Source of the DNA: the human T2T-CHM13v2.0 reference genome, Homo sapiens
Length of the DNA stretch: 64,000 nucleotides
Reading direction: 5' to 3' (one strand)
NCBI RefSeq assembly: GCF_009914755.1
Contig: NC_060933.1
The position numbers and the translations under genes were made by a program. This document shows, one piece after another, positions 1 to 13,287 of this stretch. The notes beneath the pieces were generated by a model, which was given only the letters and a program-made list of their open reading frames with translations, was not told the DNA's origin and ran no database searches. Every line of letters starts with the position of its first letter. The first letter of the stretch is position 1.

Positions 1-544
1 TGTGCTGATTCACTAAGACCTTGGATGTGCCAAGGATTCATCTTAACTAAATCTCTTTTAGTGAGAATTTTGCACTAGTCAATTTCAACTCTGACAAATT
101 CTGAATTCCCTATAAATTCCAGACAAGTGAGGTAGAATGAGAATGACCTGTTGAGGATAGAGCAATGAATTTATTGTGCAGCATGTGATTGGCATTGACC
201 AGTGATTCACATCTCAGATGGGCAAAAAGAAAGCTGTCTGCATCTGAGTGTCGAATACACCTGTGACTGATAGGGTGACAAAAAGAGGATCATTTAAAGC
301 CAACTATGCAAATTTGTTTTGGTGTTGGTTTGGAGCTCCACAAAATGGCCTGGCCTAAAAGAAATCATACTGAAGACAATTTTAAAAGCAATAAAAATGG
401 AACCTATTACCCAAAGAATATACCTAGGCCTGACTTGTCACAAGCAAAATTTTGGAGGAAACAAAGTTAGCTTCAAAATCTCCCTACTGAGATGAGTCCA
501 GTAGGTCAAAGTTGAACCCCAACTCAGTTCATTACAGTTTATTC

Positions 545-625
545 TACCTTGGTCACTTCACCTCTCTGAGCCTCAGTTTTCTCACCTGCAAATTAGGGGT
601 AGAGTGATGGTTAGGAGCAGTACAA
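545..625 (+). mobile_element. MIR SINE fragment
   Basis: MIR core-like 'cacctctctgagcctcagttttctcacctgcaaat'. Confidence 0.7.
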
Positions 626-779
626 TTGACCTTTCAAGATATATGATAAACTCATGCTTCCTATATTCCATATATTCCATCCACATACCCTCAATAACAG
701 AGAAGAAGGTGCCTATTTCCTCTGGAAGGATCAGACAGTTACCTGCAAAGTGCCCTCAAGCCAGAACTTAGTTTCATTT

Positions 780-1221
780 TTTTCTGCAATTCTAACATGC
801 TCACAAGTCCTTGCACTGTCTGGCCCCAGCAACATCTCCAGCCTGATCCACTACTTTCTCCCTTACCCTGTGAGCTTTGGTGTCACTGGCCTTCTTCCTA
901 ATCCCTGCCCACATCAAGGCTTTGGACTCATACTGCCCCATCTGCATCTCCCACCAGCACCACCTCTCCAGCCTTTTACCTACTCAACTCCTTCTCATCC
1001 TTCAGATCTCAGCTCATGCTTCCCTTGCCTTTGTGCGAGGCTCTTTAAGAACTGTGGTATTTTCTTCAGAGCACTCATCCCAGCTTTTGCAACGAATTCC
1101 TCTGCCTCCCTCATCAGGTTCTAAATTTCCTGAGATCAGGGTCCATTTGATTCTGTCCATGATAGGAACACCAAGGCTTTGTACAAATGCTCAGTAAATA
1201 TTTGTTGAATAAATAAATGAA
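780..1221 (+). mobile_element. L2 LINE 3' end
   Basis: Pyrimidine-rich L2-like body ending in the typical tail 'tgctcagtaaatatttgttgaataaataaatgaa'. Confidence 0.8.
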
Positions 1222-2134
1222 ATTTTAAAAATCATGCTAATTTTAAAATTCTCTTTTGTAATATACCTCTTTTAATACCTCTTTGAAATAAAACATACTG
1301 TTCAAAATAATCTTTGAGTCAAATGGTCCCTCCAGGAAGTTGCATCATGCTTTGTCTTCATTGTTAGTGATTCAATGCTGCCAGCACCAAAGTGTATGTC
1401 TTTCCCCCAGTTTGAGAACAGGGAAAAGACACTGAAACAATGGTAGCCAAAGTTATCTTTATTATTCTTCTGCTGTCTTCTGCAGGATTAGATAGTTGCT
1501 AGCATCTATATACAAGAGTTAGATAAGAGTTATCACCTTGTCAAAGCCATGATCATCTTTAAATAACAGTCCTTCCTGAATCTGTTTCAGAAAGAGGCCA
1601 TGTCCTTAGAGTAGATTCACTTCAATAATAAGCACATAAGGATGGTTCCTGCTGAAAAGAAGTTCTTCTTCAGGTACAGCTGACAAATTGGCCACTTCCT
1701 CTTAGATTTCAACTTCATAACTTATGGTTTGGATGGCATATGAGTCATTGCTGTAAAGGAATGACCTCTTTTGAGGTCAGTTATGACTTTTTCTCTCTGT
1801 GAATAAAAATAAGAAAACTTAAATCCCTGGAAAATTATACAGGTAAGTATTTCAGAGTGAATCTTCTTGTTCCATTTTGTGCCCTCCATCTTTCCCAGAA
1901 AAAATGCAAAATATTTTCACTACAGTGGAAGGCAATCTTTGCCTCCCACCTAATTTCTTAAGATAAATAATAAAAAAAGATGAGAGCTCAGATGGAAAGT
2001 GAACAAAATAATAAACATATATCCACTGATGCTCTTCTACCTTCCAAATTATTTTTCAAACCAGTTTTATGAGAGCCATTTTTCCAGGGATGAAGCTTTT
2101 CAAGCCATTCCAATACATATGTTTTGGTATAGAA

Positions 2135-2290
2135 GATATTGCAGTATAAGGACTATAAATGTGGTCTCTGAATCATACTGCCTGATCTGATGTACTAGCT
2201 GATTTTAGCCTGTTGATGCCTCCATTTTATCATCTATAAAATGGGATTATAGTAGGACGCATCTCACAGGATTGTGTAAAATTACAGATC
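2135..2290 (+). mobile_element. MIR SINE
   Basis: 'gcctccattttatcatctataaaatgggattatagtagg...ctcacaggattgtg'. Confidence 0.75.
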
Positions 2291-2761
2291 TGCACTAAAT
2301 TAATGGTTCTCTGCTGGGAGGCCCTTATTGCTGAAAGAGTCTCCAGAGGAAATGATGGAGGCAAACTTGGGATTTGAGTCCAGGTCTGACCATCCTAAGA
2401 TAATTAATAACAAAAGTAGAATTTTGTTGTGAAAGAGTTGGAAACTACTCCTGGGAAAGAAAAAATATGAAAACCATTTTTTTGCCCATTTATTTAACCT
2501 TATTCAGTCATTCACACCTCCATTCAATCCCTTCCTAAGAGCTACATCTAATAAAGGAAGGCAACAATTTTGTTTTTCTATAGTGCTGTAGAAAAATAAT
2601 CTATGTATTTGATATTTTTTCTTTATATGATTTTCTTTTCTAATTTATTAAAGTAAAATGGTATCTTAATTTTTTACAGTTGGATATTCCTTGACTAAAT
2701 AATATAAAGTTATTAAAATGATCATTATGAAGACGTAGCAAAATAAAATTTATATTTTAAT

Positions 2762-3640
<879 letters not shown>

Positions 3641-4379
3641 AAGAAAGGGGGAAGTTCTCCAGTATCATATGTTAAATATACACTTATATTTTTCTCTCTT
3701 ACATAATGGAAAACAAATAGCCCATTTTTTATAAGTTCATTCTTTAGCTATGCTATTGCTGTTAATCTACTCTGTAAAGGAAGGAGGAGGGACAAGGGTT
3801 TAAAGAGTATTTCTTAGCAATTAAGCACCATGATGATTGCTTTTACATGTTAATAACATTGTGAAATGGGCATTGTTTCTAACCATTTTCAGCTGAAAAG
3901 TCCCTGAACCACACTGGTTGTGAATATTTGTCCTTTTGTTTGAAGATATTCTCAAAGTGAAACCATTGAGTTCAGAACTTCGGAATGTCATTAGAGCAGC
4001 AACAGTTCTGCTCATTATTTTTCTTATTCCCTGCCTCCATACCTCAAACCATTCATCTGTGCTATTCATCATACATATCAGCTCTCCCATTTGGGGGGCA
4101 CATAGTAGAATTGTACTCTCTTGCTCCTTTTTGCTTGGGTGGGACCACAGGACTAGTTCTAGCCAATGAGTTTGAGTGGAAGTCATAATTCATGTTACTT
4201 CAGAACTGGATCATTTAGTTGCCACTGCGAGATACTCCACAGCTGTCTCTCTTCTCAGTCATGTTGCCCTGTTATCCTGAGTTGTGAGGATGATGATGAC
4301 ACTAGAGCAAAGCTCTAAGCTGAATGATCCACAGTGGACATGTTGTATGAGTGAGTATTAACCCTTGGTTATCTTAATT

Positions 4380-4992
4380 TAGAGTTTCTCAGTCTCAATC
4401 CAGCTAGTCATATTTAGGGCTGGATAATTTTTTCTTAGGGCGTTGCTGTGGTTTGACTCTGTGACCCTACCCAAATCTCATCTCGAATTGTAATCCTCAC
4501 ATGTTGCAGGAGGGACCCATAATCCCCATGTGAGGAGGGATGGAAGTAGTTGGATTATGTGGGCAGTTTCACCCATGCTGTTCTTGTGATAACGAGTAAA
4601 TTCTCATGAGATCTGATGGTTTTATAACTGGCAGTTTTTCCTGCACTGTCGTTCTCTCTTGCCTGCTGCCATGTAAACATGCCTGCTTCCCCTTCCACCA
4701 TGATTGTAAGTTTCCTGAGGCCTCTCCAGCCATGTGGAGCTGTGAGTCAATTCTTTTCTTTATAAATTACCCAGTCTCAGGGAAGTTCTTTATAGCAGTG
4801 TGAAAACAGACTAATACAGGGGTGGAGTGATGTGAAAGAGCTCTTTTGTGTATAGGATGTTGAGCAGTAACCTTGGCAGTTTCTCACTTGTTGTCAGTAG
4901 CACCCACTTCCCCAGTTGTGACAACCAAAACTGCCTTCAGACATTGCCAAATAGGGCTATGGGGAAGATTGCTCCTGATTGAAAAGCACTGT
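4380..4992 (-). mobile_element. MER20 (hAT-Charlie MITE), split by a THE1 LTR
   Basis: Matches reverse MER20: 'gggctggataatt' ... 'taggatgttgagcag' ... 'ccccagttgtgacaaccaaaa' ... 'cagacattgccaaat' ... 'gaaaagcactg'. Confidence 0.85.
4444..4818 (+). mobile_element. THE1D-like MaLR solo LTR
   Basis: TG...CA termini; 'cccaaatctcatctcgaattgtaatcc', 'catgattgtaagtttcctgaggcc', 'gactaataca'; 5-bp TSD ggcgt/ggggt. Confidence 0.92.
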
Positions 4993-5984
4993 TTTGAGCC
5001 ACTAAGATTTTTAATCATTGCAGTGGCATAACCTGGCTAGGACTGGCATATACTCCAATTCCTTGCTTTTATCTTTTGCTCCCTCTCTTGTAAGGTTAAT
5101 TCTTCACATATACTTTTGATCTGTGAGACGTTATGTTTTATATCTTAACAATTTTTGACCTTTTTGTGCATTTAAAGCTATCATTCAGTTCAAATGCCAT
5201 TAAAATTTGTCCTTTCATGATCTCTACTCAACCTAGACAAAACAGTTTCTCATAATAAAAGTGTCTCTTGGCAACAGTTGCCATTAAAACGAGTTAGGAT
5301 TTTTTTTTTAATTGCATCCCAGTTTAGTTTATTAACAGTCTTCAGGCTGCTACCACAAACTGGTTCATTTTGGTTTACTTGAGGACACACACAAGGTAAT
5401 CAGGAAAGTTCTTGTTTTTGACAAATTTGTAAACAAATTGGGCAGGGAATGAGTATTCTTAAGAAAATATAAATCATAATACAGTGTATGGTAAAAATTC
5501 TTTTACCATATACGTAGTGTTTAAGTGGTACCTGACGCATAGTAAGTACTCAATAGATCTTAGCCATTGTTATTATAAACACTATTATTTTTATACTATT
5601 TTAAAATCATGTTGAAATTCCTGATTTATTTCCCTGTTGCCTGTACTACACAGTAAAACTCTTCAAAAACAAGGACCATATCCTACTTGACCTTGAATTC
5701 CCAATGTCTGGCTCTCTGGTATAAGGAAAAAATATTGAATGAATTAATATAATTTAAAGTCAAAGTGGAAGTGATAACAGATTTAACTTGGATTTAGGAG
5801 AAGAGAGCAAGCTTTGGATTAAAGTATTCTAGGGATACTTCAGGAAGCTGCTTTTTTAAGGCAAGATTGAAGAATTTAGGTGAAAACTCTTTGTACTTAG
5901 AGATTCATAATTTCCATAGAGAGTCATAATTTCCATAGTAGGTTATTTTGTCTGTTTATTTTTAGGAATAAATAGTATCAGTAA

Positions 5985-6190
5985 TACAGTGTGAGTTAAA
6001 TTGAAACTTTGGGTCCAAGATCTGCATGGGAGTCTTAGCTCTAACACTCACAATCTGTGCAGGAAAACATATTGTTTCAGACCCTTGACTCCTCCATCTG
6101 CAAAATGATAATTATTAATAATATCTATTCTGTATACATCACAGAAGTGTTATAAGGATCTCCATAATGTATATAAAAATACTGATAAAA
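5985..6190 (+). mobile_element. MIR SINE
   Basis: 'ctcctccatctgcaaaatgataatt...catcacagaagtgttataaggat'. Confidence 0.65.
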
Positions 6191-7139
6191 TGCCGTTAAC
6201 ATGAAGTGTATGACTGAGAGTGGTTTACAGACACCATTGAAGAATATCCAGAGACTAAACAAATGTCTTGCTGAGCATCTGGAACTAGGTCTGCAGAGAC
6301 CTATAGAAATGACTTATATTTCATACCTGGGCAACTAAGAGTGAGATGACAAAGTAATAGATGCGTTGGCTTAGCAGTAACCGGAAACCTGGGTCCCCAC
6401 CTTGGTAGCAGTTAGGAGTACTTGGGATTAGACAACAGGACTGTGTCCACTGCAAAATCCAACCCTGGCCTATCAGTCATCAGGAGGCATAGAGAAGGTG
6501 AGGTGTTTTACTGTCCTGTTGTGATCTTCTTCCTGTTGGAGGTCATCCTGACTACAGGTAGGTTCCATGCCAATTTCTTACCATATTTGAGGCAAAGATA
6601 AAATGATTTGAGGGAACCTCTCAAATGGCTTATTGAAACGGAAGAAAGAAATTATACAATGAGAAAATGAAGAATGAGAAGGGATTGGAGATGAATACCA
6701 AAAAGTTGACAAAAAGGCACTTGAACCTGAGGCAGAAAAAAAGTGAGATAGAATCATAATCCCTGTAGCTATTAAATATATAGGAGGATTTTTCCCACAA
6801 AAATCAAGTCTTTTACAAATGTGTTACTTCATACTCCCTAGAAAATGACAAAAGTTTACAAGTATGCAAGAGAATTTCTAGAGAAGGGGCAGATTTGGGT
6901 GGTTTGTAATATCCTGTGGCTTCCTTTCTACCTGATATGGCCAATCAACAGACAGGCTGTGGTTAGAGAGTCTGCAAAACCCTGCCTGAGATGCTCCTTA
7001 AACCCAGTGACCACTTTTCTCTCCAGCTGCCTCGCATGATGGCAAATGGCATATTTAAATGGTAAAAGGCTTGATCTCTATCTCAAAACATTTGACATAC
7101 TCACACTGAAGATGGAAAAAACTGTTTTTGATGGCTTCA

Positions 7140-7340
7140 GAGGAAAGACTGTGTACTAAGAAGAGGTAGGTTTTAGCTCAATATAACAAATTTCTTTCCA
7201 AATATGAAGGTGCTCTAAAAGTTGAATGAGATGCCTGATGGGACGATGTTTGTCCTGTTACTGTAAGTGCTTATTAAGAAGGTAGATAAATACCCTCTTG
7301 GCTGGACTGCTGTGGGTAGGAGCTTTCCAATTCAACATTT
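7140..7340 (+). mobile_element. L3/CR1 LINE 3' fragment
   Basis: 'aggtaggttttagctcaatataacaaatttctttc...gaatgagatgcctg' resembles the CR1/L3 3' consensus. Confidence 0.6.
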
Positions 7341-7679
7341 GTATCACTTTAGTCCTGTCTTCCACCCAGCATAGGAATTTCCTCCATAGCGTCCTTGGAA
7401 AATGAGTATGTATTTGTTAAGTGTGCATATTACTAGCTGCTGCTTGATCTTATAGAGGCTACAAATTATAGATTTATAGAACAACTTTCTTGGAAAAGGT
7501 ATGGGGAATGATTTCCAGAGTGCAGGTGGAAAAACCTCATTCAACCAGTAAACTAGCAGGAAGAATATCCCTCAGTTTGAGAACGTACTGAGAAAGATTC
7601 AAGTTCTAGTAGTTACTGTTTCTGTTTTATCTTCTATTAAAGATACATAAATTATTGTCTGCCGATTATGTTAATGTTT

Positions 7680-8290
7680 AGAACTTTATAATTTGAAAAG
7701 TATTTTCATATTTTAAACATTTTATTTAGACTTCAGAAAAACTTCACTATTATCCCATTTCATAGGGGAAGACAATCAGAAAACAATAGATACTAAAACT
7801 TGAATTTTCCTCTTTGTGCTGAGACTATGTTAAAGACTTCGCATGCTTTACTTCTAGATCCTATAATACCTATACAAAGTGGTCATCATTTTCATTTTAT
7901 TCCAGGAAACTTAGAGTAGTAACATAGACCAAGGTGTGAAGCAGCAGGTCCCATAAATTGGGCCACCACTAGCAGGACAAAAGGTCAAATATTCAGATAA
8001 AAAAATATAAGAAACAAGAGTTTAGGGTTCATCAACACTCAATAACACATGAGGATGACATGGTGTCTGGCCTCAAAGAGCTCATGATCTAGAAGGACCT
8101 GGGTCACATGTCTGCGTTTTGGCCTAGGGACCTCAGCAACCAGCCCAGAACTTCATCTAATGTATTTAATGTAATCTTGACAGTAACCTTACAAGAAAGG
8201 TATGTAGAGATTGAAGACTTGCCAAAAGCCACACAGTTACTGGATAGCAAAGCCTGAACTTGTAGTAATTCTACTGAAATGTAAAGTTCC
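7680..8290 (-). mobile_element. Cluster of degraded MIR fragments
   Basis: 'tattatcccatttcataggggaagac', 'gacttgccaaaagccacacagttac'. Confidence 0.55.
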
Positions 8291-8719
8291 ATATTTTTCC
8301 AAAGTCTCTAAACTTCGCTGAAAATTGAGCTCAGTAAATTTTATTATTCTCATACTTAATTGACTCTTTGCCTACAAAAGCTGCTTCCATCTTTTCCCAT
8401 GTCACTCAAAAGCTCATATTTCAACAAATAAACTCCCACTTTAAAAAAAAGATTTCTAGCCATTGCCCACATTCCATCTCAGAATTTATCTTCCTTTACT
8501 CACCCTGGACTTCTGCCCTTTCTCCTTCTTTCAAAAGAAGCCATGTGTCTTCATCCTAAGGTGAACTTCTCTACTGGGTTTGACTCAGATGAGTATAATG
8601 GAGAGAACACTCATGGAATTAGGACCACTGCCCGGGAGTCCAGGCTGTACTGCTGGTTTCTGGTAATACAGGGTCACTTTCCCATGCAGGGCAATTTTCA
8701 CTGTGTTTTTTTTTTCTTC

Positions 8720-8900
8720 TTAGAGAGAATTCACTATATCTAATTTAACTATAATAACACCCTTGAGTTAGGCACTATTGTTATGTCGAATATATTGTTA
8801 CATGCACCTTATATGAAACTGAAACTTTGAGAGATTAAGAAATTTAGCTAGTAGCACACAGAGAGTAAGTGATACAGTCCCAAATCTCTCAGAACCTATT
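8720..8900 (-). mobile_element. MIR SINE
   Basis: 'gaaactttgagagattaagaaatttagc...cacacagagagtaagtg'. Confidence 0.65.
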
Positions 8901-10489
8901 GAATGCTCTAATCTGTGGCTTCCCCTCCCCAAATTCCTTTTCTATAAATTGAAAGAGTTGGTTCAATCAACTTTATTTTATTTCTAGTGATGTTTCTTTT
9001 AAAAAAAAAGATACGAGGAACCCAAAATATATAAGGAGAAAAGGCAGTGTTTAGAGTATTTTTGAGTTCAAAAATATACCTATTTTTATAGATTTACATG
9101 TATATTTATTTAATTATACCTATTATAAAGTCAACTAAAATATTTCAAAATTATATATCAATAAAATTTTGAAATCAGGGGTTATGAGGGATAATTGGTG
9201 TCTGAATCCAGCTATTCCATTGATTTGTTTTGGTTTCATGGCACAAAAAATCCTGATTCAGTTAGAGAAGTTATTTACAAAAGATAACAGTTTTTCAGTG
9301 GTTAAGCTTATTCTTCCATTAACAATTAGTCAAGATAAAAAGAAATAATAAAATCTTTTTTCTCAAGGTGGACTCACTAACATCGAATAGCTACTCACTT
9401 TGCATTACTTGGTAAGTGTTTCATTTGGGGAGTATTAATAAACTGGCTTCTATAGAGTTGGGTGAAATGTCTTTGGAAGGAAATACTTTTCAAATATATC
9501 TGATAACAATATAAGATTTCTCAGTTATTTTATTAAAAAAACTCAGATGCCTTAGCACCTCTGTCTGTCATATTTCAAGGCTGTAAAAATCTACTTTGTT
9601 TTCCATTCAGTAGAAATTTCAAGTTTCAGTTTCCTTGCTGACACCTTATTTGCAATTATAAGCATGAAAACACCAGGATTCTGAAAAGCTGTTGTATTTT
9701 TGCTAGCTACTTAATGAATGGAGTTCCTTCACTGATACGCACATTTTTTTTTCTTCCTTAAAATCTTTGAAATATTTATGCTAGCACCTTGCCTTTAGTT
9801 CATCATAAAACCTTTCTGTAAAGAAGGCTATTCTGGAACATACTGCCAATGTAATTACCAGCAACTCTGAACAACTGCAGTTTTAAGGCTGCATCTTAAT
9901 ATAAGTGATTATTTATATGGCCCGATCCAACACTGTTTAGAAAGATGCTTGCATGTTTGTAGGAAGTTAACACCTAGTGTTTGGCTATACAGTGCCATCA
10001 AACAGTCATTAGACTACTTGAACACATTGGATAGTAGCTTTAAAGCAAGCCATTACATCGTGCTTTTCCCAGACATTACTTTCACATCAATTACTCTTTG
10101 GCCAGTTTAAGGTAAACTATCTTCTTTGTTTTCATCTGCGTGAACCCAGTATAGAAAAATAAGAATCATGTTGAAAACCACACTATTAGTAGTAAAGCCT
10201 ACCAAAAAGTTCACGAAGTGACTACTTTTACTAATCCGTTCTGTAATTTGGATGTTAAAAGTTTCACTCCCATGTACACATATCAACAGAAAATGGGACC
10301 AAGCGAATTTCAGGACTTCACAAAACAGAATTCAAAAACTATAAAATCAGAAAATTTCCAAGTTTCCTTCCACTCCCAGCTTTCTATGTTTATGGCTATT
10401 TTATTGTGATCATATTATTTTCTCTGAAGTTTCTAATTCTCTTTGCTCATTTATTTTTAGTCTTCTCCACTGCCTCCTTTCTGTCAGAG

Positions 10490-10600
10490 AATATGCACCT
10501 TTGAAATGTGGCAAGTCTTACTGAGGAAATTAATATTTAACTTTAACTTAAGTGGAAATAGCCACATGTGACTAGCGTCTACCATGTTAAACAGTGGAGA
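10490..10600 (+). mobile_element. MER3/MER33-like hAT MITE fragment
   Basis: 'ttgaaatgtggcaagtcttactgaggaa...aaatagccacatgtgactagcgtctaccatgttaaacag'. Confidence 0.75.
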
Positions 10601-10979
10601 TATAGAATAATACATGCTTTTTATAAAGTATTAATATAAAACAATCAATGGAAGAATAAATTCAAAAGGCCAGTAAACATATGCTCACTCAGATATCAGT
10701 TTTCCCTTTGCAATTGACAAAAAAACAAGATTGGCAATATATATTTTAGTTAAGGTGGGAGAAAATGGATTCTCTCATACTCTCTTGGTGGGAGGGTATT
10801 AATAGGATCTTCGGAGTCACTCTGGAAGTATTTATCACCATTTTAACTGTCTATATTCTTTTCTCTAAAATTCCAATTCTGGGTATACACCTTACATAAA
10901 TACTGGCATAAAGATGGACAAGAAAGTTCATTGCAACACCATTTGTATTATTGAAAAAAGTTGAAAATTCTTAAATGTG

Positions 10980-11080
10980 AGGCCACATGAGCAATACATT
11001 GCACAACTCCAGGCGACATTCTTCGCCCTGTAATCTGTATGGATGGTAAATTTTATGTGATACACTCTGAAAACCCTGAT
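10980..11080. mobile_element. MER91-like hAT-Tip100 MITE
   Basis: 'tgcacaactccagg' core inside the old L1. Confidence 0.45.
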
Positions 11081-11319
11081 ATCTCTAACAATGTCAGAAA
11101 GCTGAATGGGTTATAGTATATCTCTTCTGCACTACAGAATATTAGATAGTAAAAATAATGGAGTAGATCTCTATGTACTTCTGTGGATATATGCAAGCTA
11201 GACTGTACCAAAGAATACCACTTGTAGCTTGTGCAATAAAATACCACTTATATTTAACAAAACAATGACATTCAAAACAACAAAACAAAACAAAATTGTA
11301 TATGAGAAACTGTAGGATA

Positions 11320-11555
11320 AATTTTAAGAGTATGGACTGTGGAACTAGACTAAGATGGAACTGTATGTCTGAAACTCACTATATTTCCTTGGAAAAATTG
11401 CAAAGCATTAATCTCTTCATCTGCAAAGTGGGCATAACAGTAGTGCCTACTTCATGAGGTTATAATGAAGATCAAATAAGTTAACATATAAAAAACCTTT
11501 AGAAGAGGGTATGGCACATACTGAACAGTACTAATATCACTATTATTATGGGCAT
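11320..11555 (+). mobile_element. MIR SINE, near full length
   Basis: 'catctgcaaagtgggcataacagtagtgcctacttcatgaggttataatgaagatcaaataag...tggcacata'. Confidence 0.85.
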
Positions 11556-12679
11556 TATTTTTACAACATATTTGTGTGTACTTGCATAGGAACATAAATA
11601 TAGAGAGAGATATCCAAAAGAATATACACCAAATTGTTAACATTTCCTTCATCACAAAAAATTCTACTTGACAGCACTATTCTAGATATTAATCTTTTAT
11701 TTTGTACTTTACATATATTTCTTCAAGACTGTTGCCTTTTAAGATGGTTGGTTTCTTTTGTAATGCAAATATTTTTAATTTTATGTAGTCTAATATATTA
11801 ATTTTTTATTGGCCTCCTTGTTGGCCTGCCTGGCTTAGAATAGTTGTCTAAGTAAAAATTTGGAAAAATGAAATGATCAGGTTACACTGGGAGTTTAATT
11901 CTTAGTGTTGTCATTTGGCTGCAGCTCAGAGGGCAATGCCCCGTTTAATTGGGGCCTCTGTTCCCTAGTTGTCATGACTCCCTTTGCTCCCTATCACCGC
12001 ACGTATGCTGTTGGTATTTTAGCCATGATTGCCTATTTGTTTTCCTTATAGGAGAGAGCTACTTCTTGGTCCTGTGTCTCTATCAAAACTGAAAATGTCA
12101 AAGATCAACCAAAAAAAAAAAAATGCACTTGTGGTTTGTCTCACATCAAGCCTACTTCTCTCATTTATATTCCTGTGTACCTCTTTAGATATCTGAATTT
12201 GTGATTGATCTGGGTGTCTATTCCTATGCCCAGCTCAAAAATTATTATGACATTCTATAATCTGTTCTATATTTTGGAATAAATAATTAAAATATTGTTT
12301 ATCTGTTTTTTAACCATATTAAACAATATTTAACTAATATAAATATGGTTTATCTGTTAAATGTTGTTTATCTGTTTTTCCAACTCACTTAAAAACCATG
12401 TCTTGAGGTCCTATTTAAAGAATAATAGCAACTAGTAAACTAGTAAATAATAGCAACTAGTAAAGTGTTGCCATATTCTCGCAATAGTCTTGTGAATAGC
12501 TATAGATTAGGAACCTAGATCATAGACAGGTTAAACAATTTGGCTAAAGTGACACTGCTAATAGTGGTAGAGTCAGAATTTGAATCCTGCTACTGATATC
12601 CCAGAGCACAGCACAAACTCTGAAGCAAGTAATTAATTTTTAAGGAAAAAAAGTAAGGAAAAGAAAATCTTCTAAGTAA

Positions 12680-13285
12680 AGTAATTTTTCTAGGTTTGAT
12701 AATTACTGTTTTTCTATATCTTCATCAGTTTTCTAGTTTCAAATTTATCAGTTGAAATTGTTGAGTGTAGTCTCTTATGACATTTACTAGCTTTCAACAT
12801 CTATTTTCATGTCTCCTGTATTGTTCATAAGACTGTTCGTGGAAATCTGTTTTTCCCCCTCTGATAATACTGCCCAAAAATCTGTCTACTTTATTAGTCT
12901 TTAAAAAGAACACATTAAAAATTCTAATCAGTATGATCTATTTTTTAAAATAGATTTTATTTTATCCTTTAAAAATCTTCAATAACTCCCAGGTCACATT
13001 TCTTTTGCATTATTTTGCTTCTCCTTTAAGATTCTTGGGTGAGGGTCTGACTCGTTTATTTTCAGTCTACTTTTTTTGTTATACAGAGTTCTATGGCTTT
13101 GCATTTCCTTTTGTGCACCCCATTTGGCTTCTGTCCACATGTTTTATTATGAAAGGCTCTCCTTTTTATCATTTCTGAATTATTTTCACATTACATTTTG
13201 ATTACTTCTTTAACCTAGCATTCTATCAAAAGGTATGCTTAAATTTCCAAATAGACAGATTATTTATTCTTCCTTGTTTTTGGAT
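12680..13285 (-). mobile_element. Ancient L1 (L1M) ORF2 fragment
   Basis: T-rich antisense L1-like sequence 'ggctttgcatttcct...gcttaaatttccaaata'. Confidence 0.55.
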
Positions 13286-13287
13286 TC

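Larger units (their letters stand above)
4080..5055 (+). mobile_element. MLT1-type MaLR LTR hosting a MER20 and a THE1 LTR
   Basis: 'ggaccacaggactagttctagccaatgagtttgagtggaagt'; resumes after 4991 with 'gagccactaagattt...gcataacctggc'. Confidence 0.65.
10640..11650 (+). mobile_element. Ancient L1 (L1ME-like) 3' region with nested elements
   Basis: Degenerate L1 3' motifs 'ctctcatactctcttggtgggag', 'aattccaattctgggtata', 'gatatccaaaagaatatacaccaaattgttaaca'. Confidence 0.65.

Noticed and set aside
180-315. Reverse CCAAT (186-192) plus octamer ATGCAAAT (306-313) as an snRNA- or histone-type promoter
   Set aside because: No snRNA, histone or other transcribed unit is recognisable nearby
654-1197. 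156-aa and 106-aa ORFs
   Set aside because: They lie largely in a pyrimidine-rich L2 remnant; low-complexity Pro/Leu/Ser composition; no recognisable domain
5905-5938. 15-bp direct repeat tcataatttccatag
   Set aside because: Ordinary micro-duplication with no further structure
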